Positions 37,246 through 46,013 of a stretch of DNA of 48,415 nt are shown piece after piece (within the stretch, counting starts at the first letter, position 1; each line of letters begins with the position of its first letter). The notes beneath the pieces were generated by a model. That model saw nothing but the letters and a program-made list of their open reading frames with translations. It made no database searches and had not been told where the DNA came from. The DNA is from a virus (lineage: Duplodnaviria; Caudoviricetes): positions 1 to 48,415 of IMG/VR virus record IMGVR_UViG_3300020045_010222. The stretch is one strand, 5' to 3'. Both the position numbers and the translations under genes were made by a program.

Positions 37246-38031
37246 ATGAAAACAGTTTACTTAAAAAATGGGCAACAGGCGAATTTAATAGAACAAGTTG
37301 GAGAAAGATTTGTTGTTCAAAGAATAATGACTTACGAAAACTATGATTATGAAGGAAATTCATATGCTTGTGAGGTTGAAAGTGATGAAGAAATAGTAAG
37401 TGAAATATTCGAAAACCCACCAAAACAAAAAATTGATTCTGAAATATTAGAATTAGAATCAAAAAAGAAAGCCATTAACGAAGAAATCAAAACACTTCAA
37501 AACGACAGGTCAAAATTAAACTTAGAAATAAATTCTATTCAGAGAACAAAAATAGATAATGAAAAATTTATCATAAACCGTTCTGAATTACTAAAAGCAA
37601 AAGAAATCGCTTATTTCACAGAAAAAGGAATAATGCCAGTTATTAAAGATAAAAACTTAAGAGGTATTAAAATTAGCTTAACAATTTCAATATCGGATGG
37701 AGAAGAACGCGCCTGGGGATATAAAATATACGAGAGTGATGGTGATAGTTATGGTGATTATTTAGACAAAAAATATGGCGTTATTATTAATCCAACTCCT
37801 GAGCAATTAGATGAAATAATAATCAAAAGGTTGACAGAAGGTAGATTTGAAGACAGACAAATTTCGTATGCCGATGATAAATATTTATCTGATAAACAAA
37901 TCGAAATTAAAAGAACCTATTTGAGCAATCAAAAAGAAGCTGAATTGACAAGAAAAAGAAATGAAATTCAAAAGCTAAAAGAGCAATTAGACAAATTAGA
38001 AAACCCAGATAAATATCTTCCTAAACAATGA
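37246..38031 (+). CDS. Hypothetical coiled-coil protein
   Basis: Start moved to ATG 37246; the TTG start lies inside the promoter. Confidence 0.75.
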   Translation: MKTVYLKNGQQANLIEQVGERFVVQRIMTYENYDYEGNSYACEVESDEEIVSEIFENPPKQKIDSEILELESKKKAINEEIKTLQNDRSKLNLEINSIQRTKIDNEKFIINRSELLKAKEIAYFTEKGIMPVIKDKNLRGIKISLTISISDGEERAWGYKIYESDGDSYGDYLDKKYGVIINPTPEQLDEIIIKRLTEGRFEDRQISYADDKYLSDKQIEIKRTYLSNQKEAELTRKRNEIQKLKEQLDKLENPDKYLPKQ

Positions 38032-38222
38032 AAACAACTAAACAAATTTTCCAAAACTACAACAATTCAATTTTGATTCCGGAAAAAGGAAGTGATTTTG
38101 AATATGCGACAGGGTTAATATTTACTGATCATTTTGACGAAGCATTTAACCATCCGTTTGAATGCAGTTTAGCCCACATTTTGAGCGAACAACGAGAAGA
38201 TGAACAACATTTATTTATATAA
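38028..38222 (+). CDS. Hypothetical protein
   Basis: ATGA overlap. Confidence 0.6.
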   Translation: MKTTKQIFQNYNNSILIPEKGSDFEYATGLIFTDHFDEAFNHPFECSLAHILSEQREDEQHLFI

Positions 38223-38225
38223 ATT

Positions 38226-38522
38226 ATGGAACTAACAGGAAAATGCTTAAATGATTTTTCAAAGTGGATTAAAGATAAATACGATTATAATATTATTGAT
38301 TTTTCGTATTTCTTAAGAATACTTAAAAATGCTTTAATTATAGAATTTTTTGATGTTAAAGGTATTTTTATGGATCGATTAACTCATGAAGAGAAAATTC
38401 AAATCTGGGATTATAGAAGCTCTGAACCTGATAATTGCATAGAGGTAGATTTAACTTACTATGACAGAAGTGAGCATTTTAATGCCGGATTCGAAAAAGC
38501 CAATGAAATTTACAATTCATAA
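38226..38522 (+). CDS. Hypothetical phage protein
   Basis: MELTGKC..DF.KW...IEFFD..GI...KANEIYN pattern. Confidence 0.7.
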   Translation: MELTGKCLNDFSKWIKDKYDYNIIDFSYFLRILKNALIIEFFDVKGIFMDRLTHEEKIQIWDYRSSEPDNCIEVDLTYYDRSEHFNAGFEKANEIYNS

Positions 38523-38523
38523 A

Positions 38524-38937
38524 ATGAAATTTTTAGTCAAAAAAACAAACGGAGGATTAAAGCCATGTTATGATTCGGATTATGAAATTTACTCAAAAAT
38601 ACCTTTGGGTGAAGAATTCGAAATTGAATATAAAAAACAGCGTAATCTTAAGTTTCATAAAAAGTTCTTCGCTTTAATCAAGTTGTGTTTTGAAAATCAA
38701 GAAGCATATTCCAATTTAAATGATTTAAGACGCGATTTAACCATTACATCGGGATATTATACGGAAACTGCAAACATGCTTACAGGCGAAGTTTTTAAAC
38801 ATGCTAAAAGCATTTCTTTCGCCAATATGGATGAAATAGAATTTAATAATCTTTACGAATCAGTAAAAAACGTAATTAGTCAATGGCTTGGAATAGAAAA
38901 CGAAACTATTGACGAAGAAATACAACAATATTATTAA
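38524..38937 (+). CDS. DUF1367/NinB-like protein
   Basis: RNLKFHKKFFAL...KSISFANMDE.EF..LY; start moved to 38524. Confidence 0.85.
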   Translation: MKFLVKKTNGGLKPCYDSDYEIYSKIPLGEEFEIEYKKQRNLKFHKKFFALIKLCFENQEAYSNLNDLRRDLTITSGYYTETANMLTGEVFKHAKSISFANMDEIEFNNLYESVKNVISQWLGIENETIDEEIQQYY

Positions 38938-38954
38938 TAACTAAATTTTAAATT

Positions 38955-39206
38955 ATGAAATTACACCCATTTATAGCAATTGGATTTGTATTAATGCTAT
39001 CTTTTTTTGCGACTTTATTTTATTTCGATAGAAATAGGAAAATAAATACTCAACAAATTAAAAAACAAAAAACAGATTTATCTATTGAAATAGGGAAATT
39101 ACTTTTTATAAACGTTGTGCTATCTAATAAAGACAAAAATAAAAAGCAAATTGATAGCATTTATGAAATTAGGAAAGATAGTATTCTAGACAAAATCTAT
39201 AAATAA
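38955..39206 (+). CDS. Small membrane-anchored protein
   Basis: N-terminal TM helix. Confidence 0.6.
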   Translation: MKLHPFIAIGFVLMLSFFATLFYFDRNRKINTQQIKKQKTDLSIEIGKLLFINVVLSNKDKNKKQIDSIYEIRKDSILDKIYK

Positions 39207-39241
39207 TCATTAACCGCCGAGAGGGAAAACAAACAAAAATC

Positions 39242-39622
39242 ATGGAAAAAGAAGAATTTATGTATGTTCACAATGATATTTATTACGAGAGTGATTTATC
39301 AGAAGTGATCAATTATTTAGTCGAAACGGACCAATTAAAAAAAGAGGATATTATAGGCTACAAAGTAGATATCGCAGAGAAAGAACCTGTAATGTATAAA
39401 AATTTTGATATCGATTATTTAATGGATATTATCGATGGAAATTTTGGTGATGATAGATATGACGAAGATGGTGATGTTTCAGATAACATTAGAAATGTAT
39501 TTAAAAAACATGTTAATTTCGAAGAACTTAAAAAAGACTTAGAAAAAATATGTTTGTTTTATCAAAATGGTAAAAGTCATACAATTACAGAAGACGATTG
39601 GAACAATTATATTAATCAATAA
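39242..39622 (+). CDS. Acidic hypothetical protein
   Basis: Strongly Asp/Glu-rich 126-aa ORF. Confidence 0.7.
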   Translation: MEKEEFMYVHNDIYYESDLSEVINYLVETDQLKKEDIIGYKVDIAEKEPVMYKNFDIDYLMDIIDGNFGDDRYDEDGDVSDNIRNVFKKHVNFEELKKDLEKICLFYQNGKSHTITEDDWNNYINQ

Positions 39623-39630
39623 CAAAAATC

Positions 39631-40068
39631 ATGAAACAATATTTCGAATGCAAAGTTAAGTATAGAAAAACCAATGAAACGGGCGGTAAAAAAGTTGTAA
39701 CAGAGCCATATTTGGTAGATGCAGTTTCATTTACGGATGCTGAAACCATTATAAATGAAAAAATGCGTGAATACATTAGCGAAGAATTCAAGGTTACTAA
39801 TATCAAGCCTGTAAATTATACAGAAATTGTTCATTCCTCAGAATTTGTTGATTTCTGGTTCAAATCAAAAGTATCATTAATTGCTTATGATGAAGAAACC
39901 GGAAAAGAGAGAAAGCAAAACATTTATTTATTAGTTGCCGCTAATACAGTAGAAGGTGCTTTTTTAAGTACTGTTAACGCAATGAAAAATATAATAAGGG
40001 AATATTCTATACCTTCGGTATCTGAAACAGCTATTGTTGAAGTCTTTGAATATATCGCTGCGGAATAA
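39631..40068 (+). CDS. DUF4494-like protein
   Basis: FECKVKY.K..E.G..K.VTEPYLVDA.SFT.AE...WFKSKV...SET.I.EVF. Confidence 0.88.
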   Translation: MKQYFECKVKYRKTNETGGKKVVTEPYLVDAVSFTDAETIINEKMREYISEEFKVTNIKPVNYTEIVHSSEFVDFWFKSKVSLIAYDEETGKERKQNIYLLVAANTVEGAFLSTVNAMKNIIREYSIPSVSETAIVEVFEYIAAE

Positions 40069-40078
40069 AAACAATTAC

Positions 40079-40111
40079 AAAACCCAATTGTAAAATATTG
40101 GGTTTTATTTT
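40079..40111 (+). terminator. Intrinsic terminator
   Basis: AAAACCCAAT/ATTGGGTTTT. Confidence 0.7.
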
Positions 40112-40252
40112 AACCTTAAAAAAATCATTATGAAAGAAGTATTTCAGGATTACAACCATTACGCGAACTGGATTTTAAATAATTGGCAGGAAAAAAGCGA
40201 AAGAATGAATAAATTAAATTCAGAATCAAAACAAAAACCTAATTAAATTATT

Positions 40253-40534
40253 ATGAAAAACTTTGAAAACGAAAAATGGGAAGTAATTGAGCATTCTTGG
40301 TCAGATACTTCAATTCAAGATGCACAAGGAAATACTATTTGTACTTTATCAATCGATGATGAATATACAACTGAAGAAAACCAGGAAGAAAGAGAAAAGA
40401 TTGTTTCTGATAACTTTCAATTGATTTGTATGGCTCCGGAAATGTACACTTTTATTAAATCAATAATTGGTTCCGAAAATACGCCAAATCATTACAGGCA
40501 GCGCGCTAAAGATTTAATTTCTTGGATTGATTAG
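40253..40534 (+). CDS. Hypothetical phage protein
   Basis: N..LI..APEM motif. Confidence 0.7.
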   Translation: MKNFENEKWEVIEHSWSDTSIQDAQGNTICTLSIDDEYTTEENQEEREKIVSDNFQLICMAPEMYTFIKSIIGSENTPNHYRQRAKDLISWID

Positions 40535-40536
40535 TA

Positions 40537-40595
40537 ATTTATACCCATTCTAAACAAAAATTTGCTTGTTTGAATGAAATTAATTTGTACATTTG
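40537..40595 (+). promoter_or_regulatory. Fur-box-like copy 6 (40537-40555) plus -7 TACATTTG (40588-40595)
   Basis: ATTTATACCCATTCTAAAC. Confidence 0.6.
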
Positions 40596-40600
40596 TGACT

Positions 40601-40712
40601 GTATTGAAGTGAGACGCAATACCAACTACAGACACATAACGGAAAATATTATACAAGTCCTATCAGGGCGGCACGTCTCACACCTTTGCCAAACTGATGG
40701 GATTTTGCTTTT
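40601..40712 (+). ncRNA. Kissing-loop leader RNA, copy B
   Basis: GTATTG-AAGTGAGACG-CAATAC hairpin; AAGTCCTATCAG/CTGATGGGATTT hairpin with CGTCTCAC in the loop. Confidence 0.7.
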
Positions 40713-40727
40713 TAATAATTTTTACTT

Positions 40728-40919
40728 ATGGAATACAAACATGATAATTCAGAAATAATTGTTCAAGCACGTCACATAACTATAGTTATTGATGATGATA
40801 CAGAATTTAGAATTTCAGTAGATAAATTTAAAAACCTTGAAATTCTAAAAGTATATGGTTCTGCCGATTCAAGTATTCATATTACGCCCAACGTTTCAAA
40901 TTCAATCAAAATTAATTAG
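40728..40919 (+). CDS. Small hypothetical protein
   Basis: First ORF after the leader RNA. Confidence 0.65.
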   Translation: MEYKHDNSEIIVQARHITIVIDDDTEFRISVDKFKNLEILKVYGSADSSIHITPNVSNSIKIN

Positions 40920-40922
40920 GCT

Positions 40923-41849
40923 ATGGATGATATTAAATGGTTTAAATTCAATCCTAGCCGTTGGATGATGGGTAAAATTCAGAAATGCCCGGAAGTAACT
41001 CAGGCTCGTTTTATGCGATTGTGTTCTTTATATTGGGTAAAAGATTGCGAAATGACAATTGAAGATGCTATTATTGAAATTGATGAAGATCATTTCGAAA
41101 TACTAAAAGCAAAAAAAATTGTTACGATTGATTCTCTTAAAGTTTATATTGCATTTTTAGACGAACAAGTTTTTGAAATCAAAGAAGATAAAAAAGATAA
41201 AAGCACTAGCGGAATAGTTGGAAACTTAAAGCGTTGGCATAAAGACATTTACGAACAGTTTTTAGCAAAAAAAATATCTTTAGAAAAAGCAATTGAGCTG
41301 TCAAAAGTTGTCGCAGACCCATCGCCCCCCGATCGCGACCCGATCGCGGAACGATCGCAAAACATCGCAGATAAAGATAAAGACTTAGATAAGACTAAGA
41401 CTAAGACAAGAGAAGATAAAGATAAGACTAGACTAGAAAATAAAGAGAATGAGTCTTTTCCTGAGAAATTAGAAATTTCTCCCCCGACCGAAAAAATTGA
41501 TTATATTAAATTTCAAAAGTTTTTTAATGATAATAGGCGAAATTTATCAGAAGTAAAAAAAATGACTGATGCAAGAAAAAAAAGAATTTCCATCTTGCAA
41601 AAACAATACGGTAAAGAATGTCTAATGCATGCCATTGAAAAAGCAAAAGTTTCTAATTTTTTACAAGGAGAAAACTCAAAAAATTGGACAGCAAGCTTTG
41701 ATTGGATTTTTACACCGGCAAATTTTATTAAAATTTTAGAAGATAATTATGGAAACAAACAACAACAATCAGGAAAAACCAACGCAGAAATCTACAACGA
41801 TGCAATCAATTCAGAAACAGGAAAATCTTTCAACTGGGGAAAAGGATAA
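40923..41849 (+). CDS. Replication initiator protein (lambda O-like organisation)
   Basis: N-terminal WFKF.P..W..G.I domain, repeat-encoded linker, C-terminal FL.G...NW.ASFDWI..PANF.KILE.NY domain. Confidence 0.85.
   Translation: MDDIKWFKFNPSRWMMGKIQKCPEVTQARFMRLCSLYWVKDCEMTIEDAIIEIDEDHFEILKAKKIVTIDSLKVYIAFLDEQVFEIKEDKKDKSTSGIVGNLKRWHKDIYEQFLAKKISLEKAIELSKVVADPSPPDRDPIAERSQNIADKDKDLDKTKTKTREDKDKTRLENKENESFPEKLEISPPTEKIDYIKFQKFFNDNRRNLSEVKKMTDARKKRISILQKQYGKECLMHAIEKAKVSNFLQGENSKNWTASFDWIFTPANFIKILEDNYGNKQQQSGKTNAEIYNDAINSETGKSFNWGKG
41310..41440 (+). repeat. Putative replication origin: phased ATCGC iterons plus purine-rich AGATAA/AGACTA repeats
   Basis: TCGC at 41311, 41322, 41333, 41344, 41355, 41365. 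Confidence 0.7.
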
Positions 41850-42525
41850 ATTAGCCATTGTTGAAAAAACGGTAATGTTAGCGAGTAATATTTTAAATGG
41901 AAAAACTAATGTTTCAGTAGTTGAAATGAATTTACAGATTAAAGATACTTTGAATACTTTAAATATTAAATCCGTTTTCAAAGGTGAAGAAAAAGCGACT
42001 ATCGCTTTCGGAGTTGTAAAAGTTTTAGTTGGCAGGTTTATGGAATCTTTCGGTTTTGCTACTAAAATGAACGATATTCAACTGGAAACATTAACGGTTG
42101 ACACATTAGAAAACTTTAAAAATGATTCATTAGAAGATATTATTTTGTTTTTTAAATTAGCAAGAACAGGGAAATTTGGTGCAACAATGCGAGGTGTTGA
42201 CTCTAATTTAATTTATGGTGATTGGTTCCCGCAATATTTGGAATTAAAAGCCGAATCGCGCGAAATACAATATCAAAAAGAAAAGATTTTGCATACAAAA
42301 GATCAATTAACTACTCAGGATGTTTTAAAAGCATATGAATCACGTAAAAATACACCTCAAAAAAAACACGATGCTTTAGTTGCTAGAATTAACGAAATCA
42401 CTGAAGGATTTACCAGGCAACAACTTGAAGATTTAATTGTTGTTTGGCAAAAAGACGAAACAAAAGTACCTTTTCTATATGCCTTAAGAGCAAAAAGAAG
42501 AGATATTAAAGGCGATTATAAATAG
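41749..42525 (+). CDS. Replication-associated protein (putative helicase loader position)
   Basis: Follows initiator; LEDIILFFK.ARTGKFG motif. Confidence 0.6.
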   Translation: METNNNNQEKPTQKSTTMQSIQKQENLSTGEKDKLAIVEKTVMLASNILNGKTNVSVVEMNLQIKDTLNTLNIKSVFKGEEKATIAFGVVKVLVGRFMESFGFATKMNDIQLETLTVDTLENFKNDSLEDIILFFKLARTGKFGATMRGVDSNLIYGDWFPQYLELKAESREIQYQKEKILHTKDQLTTQDVLKAYESRKNTPQKKHDALVARINEITEGFTRQQLEDLIVVWQKDETKVPFLYALRAKRRDIKGDYK

Positions 42526-42558
42526 AATTAAAAGGTAAATGATTTAGAAGATAAAATT

Positions 42559-42843
42559 ATGGAAACAGCATACGAAATAATAAAGATTACAAAAAAAGTT
42601 TCAATTCATTTTGTTCATGTTCCAGAAGGGCATAAGTTAAAAAAAGTAGAATTATCGGAACATAAAATATATAAACTTTCAAGATTGAATAGTTTAAACA
42701 GAGTTAATAAGCTGAAAAATTTAAAACCTATTAATGGTTGTTTGGTTAAATTATTCAGAGACGCTTTAATTAAAAAAGAATGGAATTTCGAAAAATTCCC
42801 TAACCCAGAATCGTTTATAGCTGAATTAATATGCCCATGCTAA
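42559..42843 (+). CDS. Hypothetical protein
   Basis: Packed ORF. Confidence 0.6.
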   Translation: METAYEIIKITKKVSIHFVHVPEGHKLKKVELSEHKIYKLSRLNSLNRVNKLKNLKPINGCLVKLFRDALIKKEWNFEKFPNPESFIAELICPC

Positions 42844-43049
42844 ACCCTAAACAAACATACCATCGTAAAAAAGGAATTCTTTATGATGAATTCGGAACCA
42901 AGATTTTAAAGTTTACAGATATCACCACGGATGCAGATAATTTAACAGGTGATTTAGTGGTTAATATTAATAATTACATTTCGCGTTATCCGGATCGGAT
43001 AGAAATAATTGAAGAGAAAAAAGAAAATGTACAACTTAATTTATTTTAG
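42831..43049 (+). CDS. Small protein ending in a clamp-binding-like motif
   Basis: C-terminal QLNLF. Confidence 0.6.
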   Translation: MPMLNPKQTYHRKKGILYDEFGTKILKFTDITTDADNLTGDLVVNINNYISRYPDRIEIIEEKKENVQLNLF

Positions 43050-43054
43050 AAAAT

Positions 43055-43834
43055 ATGCCGTACTTCAAAGCGTTTATTCGAGTAATAAAGTCAATAAATA
43101 TCGATTACTGTTCTTTTGGTAGTCAAAATGTAATAGAAGAAAGATTTATTGAATCAGAAAGCAAAGAAACAGTTAAGGCTTTCATGCTTGAAAAATATCC
43201 TAATTTTTTTCAAAATGGAAAAGTTTACAGCCGTGAAACAAAAGATGAAGCTCAATTTTTTTATGTAATAATTTATCCTTTATATGATTTTGAGGTTCAA
43301 TTAATAGAAAAAGGAGAATGGAAATGTTCTCAATGTGGTCATGTTCATGAAAGCCTTTATCATTCACGACCTAGAACAAACGAAAGATTATTAGGGTTAG
43401 ATTATAAATTTTGTAATAGTAAAGATGATATTTGTTTAAATAACTTTTTGGATTCAAAATATGAAGGTGTAGAGCTTCGTGATGATCCGTATTATATAAA
43501 AACTGATTCACCAAACTATATTTATAAAATTACTGAAAAATCAACCGGTAAATGTTACATCGGGAAAACCAGAAACGCGCCTTTTTTCCGTTGGTGGAAT
43601 CATTTGACAAAAAGTTCAAGTCCTTTCGGACAATATTTGTCAAAATCAAAGCTTAGCGAATGGAGCTTTGAAGTATTAGAAGAACTTCCTGCAAATATGG
43701 TAGATTCTCAAATATTCGAAATAGAATCAAAGTATATTTTACAATTTGATTGTTTAAAAAATGGATTTAATTCAGTTATAAGTAATAAATCAGTTTTACC
43801 TAAAGAAGATATTAATCAACCTAAATTATTTTAA
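43055..43834 (+). CDS. GIY-YIG nuclease with N-terminal Zn-binding region
   Basis: YIYKITEKSTGKCYIGKT...RW..H...E..YI...NGFN; CSQC...C....C. Confidence 0.85.
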   Translation: MPYFKAFIRVIKSINIDYCSFGSQNVIEERFIESESKETVKAFMLEKYPNFFQNGKVYSRETKDEAQFFYVIIYPLYDFEVQLIEKGEWKCSQCGHVHESLYHSRPRTNERLLGLDYKFCNSKDDICLNNFLDSKYEGVELRDDPYYIKTDSPNYIYKITEKSTGKCYIGKTRNAPFFRWWNHLTKSSSPFGQYLSKSKLSEWSFEVLEELPANMVDSQIFEIESKYILQFDCLKNGFNSVISNKSVLPKEDINQPKLF

Positions 43835-43988
43835 ATCATGTACAGATACGAAGGAAAAAACCCAAACACATTTAAACAAAATAAAAAATCAGTTAAATGT
43901 TATAGAAGATTCGGCTGCGTAATGATGGTTTTAATACCGTTATTCGTTATCGCAGTATTTATTTTAATAATCATTAAATCAAAATAGC

Positions 43989-44234
43989 ATGAAAGTAGGC
44001 GGTAGAATTATTCAAAATAGATTTGTAAATGAAAACACCGAAGAACTATTTGATGGAAATTATAAAAAGCATAGAATTATAATTCAAAAAGGATCTGAAA
44101 CATCAAAAGGAAATACTGTTTATTGGGTTGAAGTTTTTGGAGATAAAAACGGAAAATATAAATTTAAAGGTTGCATTCGTCGTTGTTGCATGCACGATGT
44201 AATTGTTGCCGCACTTAACGAATCAAAATTGTAA
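43989..44234 (+). CDS. Hypothetical protein
   Basis: Packed ORF. Confidence 0.6.
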   Translation: MKVGGRIIQNRFVNENTEELFDGNYKKHRIIIQKGSETSKGNTVYWVEVFGDKNGKYKFKGCIRRCCMHDVIVAALNESKL

Positions 44235-44236
44235 AT

Positions 44237-44701
44237 ATGAAAACACTATCAATCAGGCAGCCTTACGCAACATTAATTGCTGAGGGAATAAAAAACATTG
44301 AAAACAGATCATTTAAAACGAAATTCAGAGGTGAATTTTTAATACACGCTTCGGGTTTATGGCACGATAGATTAAAAACAGGTGAACTATATACAAATGA
44401 TCAATTTAAGGCAATAGGTGCTTATAATTTAAAAAACAGACCTGAAACAAATATTTACAGGTATCTTGATAAAAATGTATTTACTCAATCTTTGCCCGTT
44501 GGAGCGATAATAGGGAAAGTAAAGTTAGTTGATTGTGTTATTAATCACGATTCAATTTGGGCTGAAAAAGATGCTGAAATTAATCAAAATGATTTAGACG
44601 CTAAACCAATTTGGAACTGGGTTTTAGAAGATGCTATTTTATTTGAAGAACCAATTTTAAATGTGAAAGGAAAACTTTCTTTCTGGGAATATAATATTTA
44701 A
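44237..44701 (+). CDS. ASCH-domain protein
   Basis: LSIRQPYA.LI..GIK.IENR...RG..LIHAS...GAIIG.V.L...KGKL.FW. Confidence 0.92.
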   Translation: MKTLSIRQPYATLIAEGIKNIENRSFKTKFRGEFLIHASGLWHDRLKTGELYTNDQFKAIGAYNLKNRPETNIYRYLDKNVFTQSLPVGAIIGKVKLVDCVINHDSIWAEKDAEINQNDLDAKPIWNWVLEDAILFEEPILNVKGKLSFWEYNI

Positions 44702-44868
44702 ACTAAAAGATCATGAAAAAACACGAACCAAGACCAACGGAAAAATTACAGGATAATAAATCCTATTTACGAAATAACGATAACACCGAAGCAAAAAGGG
44801 TTGTCGAATCTTCCAAAGATTTAGAACACCTTAAAAAGCCAATTCGTTACATGCTAAAAAATTAGATA

Positions 44869-45228
44869 ATGAGAAACAATATCACCTTAGAAATAATACT
44901 TGAAAAAGTTTGCGAACATTACAAACTTAATCCCGAAGATGTGAAATCAAAACGTAAATATGGAAATTTACCAAGAGCCAGGCAAATGTATTTTTTCATT
45001 TCTAGAAAAATAACGAATTATAAACTTGAATGGATTGGTAAAATAGTAAACGCATCACATTGCAACGTTATTCACTATATAAATGCAATTCAAGAACAAA
45101 AAGAAATTTATCCCGAAGTAAACAAAACTCTCAAAGAAATAATCGATTTGATTTTTGTTCCAGATATAATAATTGAAAAAGTTGATTTATTGCAGTTGAC
45201 TAAAAATTATAATTTGGTTGTTCGATAA
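44869..45228 (+). CDS. Stand-alone DnaA C-terminal (domain IV)-like HTH protein
   Basis: ILEKVCEHY......VKSKRK.....ARQM..FISR..T...L..IG......H.NVIH. Confidence 0.8.
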   Translation: MRNNITLEIILEKVCEHYKLNPEDVKSKRKYGNLPRARQMYFFISRKITNYKLEWIGKIVNASHCNVIHYINAIQEQKEIYPEVNKTLKEIIDLIFVPDIIIEKVDLLQLTKNYNLVVR

Positions 45229-45232
45229 CCTT

Positions 45233-45294
45233 ATTTAAAATGATTATAAATTAAGGTTTAATGTTTTTTTGAAAGTGTATTTTTTATACATTTA
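45233..45294 (+). promoter_or_regulatory. Fur-box-like copy 7 (45233-45251), operator 45276-45290, -7 TACATTTA
   Basis: ATTTAAAATGATTATAAAT (16/19); TGTATTTTTTATACA. Confidence 0.65.
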
Positions 45295-45317
45295 CAGTAA
45301 TTAAAAAAATAGAAATT

Positions 45318-46013
45318 ATGAAATATATGGGTTCTAAAAATAGATTAGCGAAGGAAATCCTTCCAATTATTTTAAAAAATAGAAAAGATGATCAATATTA
45401 TGTGGAGCCGTTTGTAGGCGGTGCAAATGTTATTGATAAAGTTAAAGGAAATCGCATTGGTGCCGATATCAATAATTACATGATAAGTTTATTGAAATCA
45501 CTATCTAATGGTTGGCTGCCTCCTTTAAAAATTACAAATGATCAGTTCCTAGATATAAAAAACAATAAAGAAAATTATTCTGAGGATCTTGTAGGATATG
45601 TCGGAACTCAATTAAGTTTTGGTTCAGTATGGTTTTGTTCTTTTAGAAAAGACAATGGAGGTAAAAGATGTTATTCTTCTGAGGCATACAGAAATGTATT
45701 AAAACAATCTCCTAACTTAAAAGGAATAGAGTTTGTTTGCTCAGATTATTTAAATTTACAAATACCTGCTCAGAGTATTATTTATTGCGACCCTCCATAT
45801 AAAGGCACGGATAAATACAGAGGTTTTGAAAATATTGATCACGATAAATTTTGGGAATGGTGCCGATCTAAGAAAAAAGAAGGTCACGAAATATATATTT
45901 CAGAATTTGAAGCACCTCAAGATTTTATTTGTATTTGGGAAAAGAAAGTTAATACTTTGGTTGCTGAAAGATCAGGAGGTAAAAATGTAACTGAAAAATT
46001 ATTTACATTATGA
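45318..46013 (+). CDS. DNA adenine methyltransferase (Dam/D12 class) 1
   Basis: YMGSK, YVEPFVGG, IYCDPPY. Confidence 0.93.
   Translation: MKYMGSKNRLAKEILPIILKNRKDDQYYVEPFVGGANVIDKVKGNRIGADINNYMISLLKSLSNGWLPPLKITNDQFLDIKNNKENYSEDLVGYVGTQLSFGSVWFCSFRKDNGGKRCYSSEAYRNVLKQSPNLKGIEFVCSDYLNLQIPAQSIIYCDPPYKGTDKYRGFENIDHDKFWEWCRSKKKEGHEIYISEFEAPQDFICIWEKKVNTLVAERSGGKNVTEKLFTL

Noticed and set aside
254-39806. Short minus-strand ORFs antisense to long genes (e.g. 10585-10908, 13305-13514, 23082-23291, 31515-31823, 34241-34540)
   Set aside because: Lie opposite well-supported plus-strand genes and show antisense F/S/L-rich composition
40570-40758. 62-aa ORF with TTG start
   Set aside because: Begins inside the promoter and overlies the structured leader RNA; likely spurious
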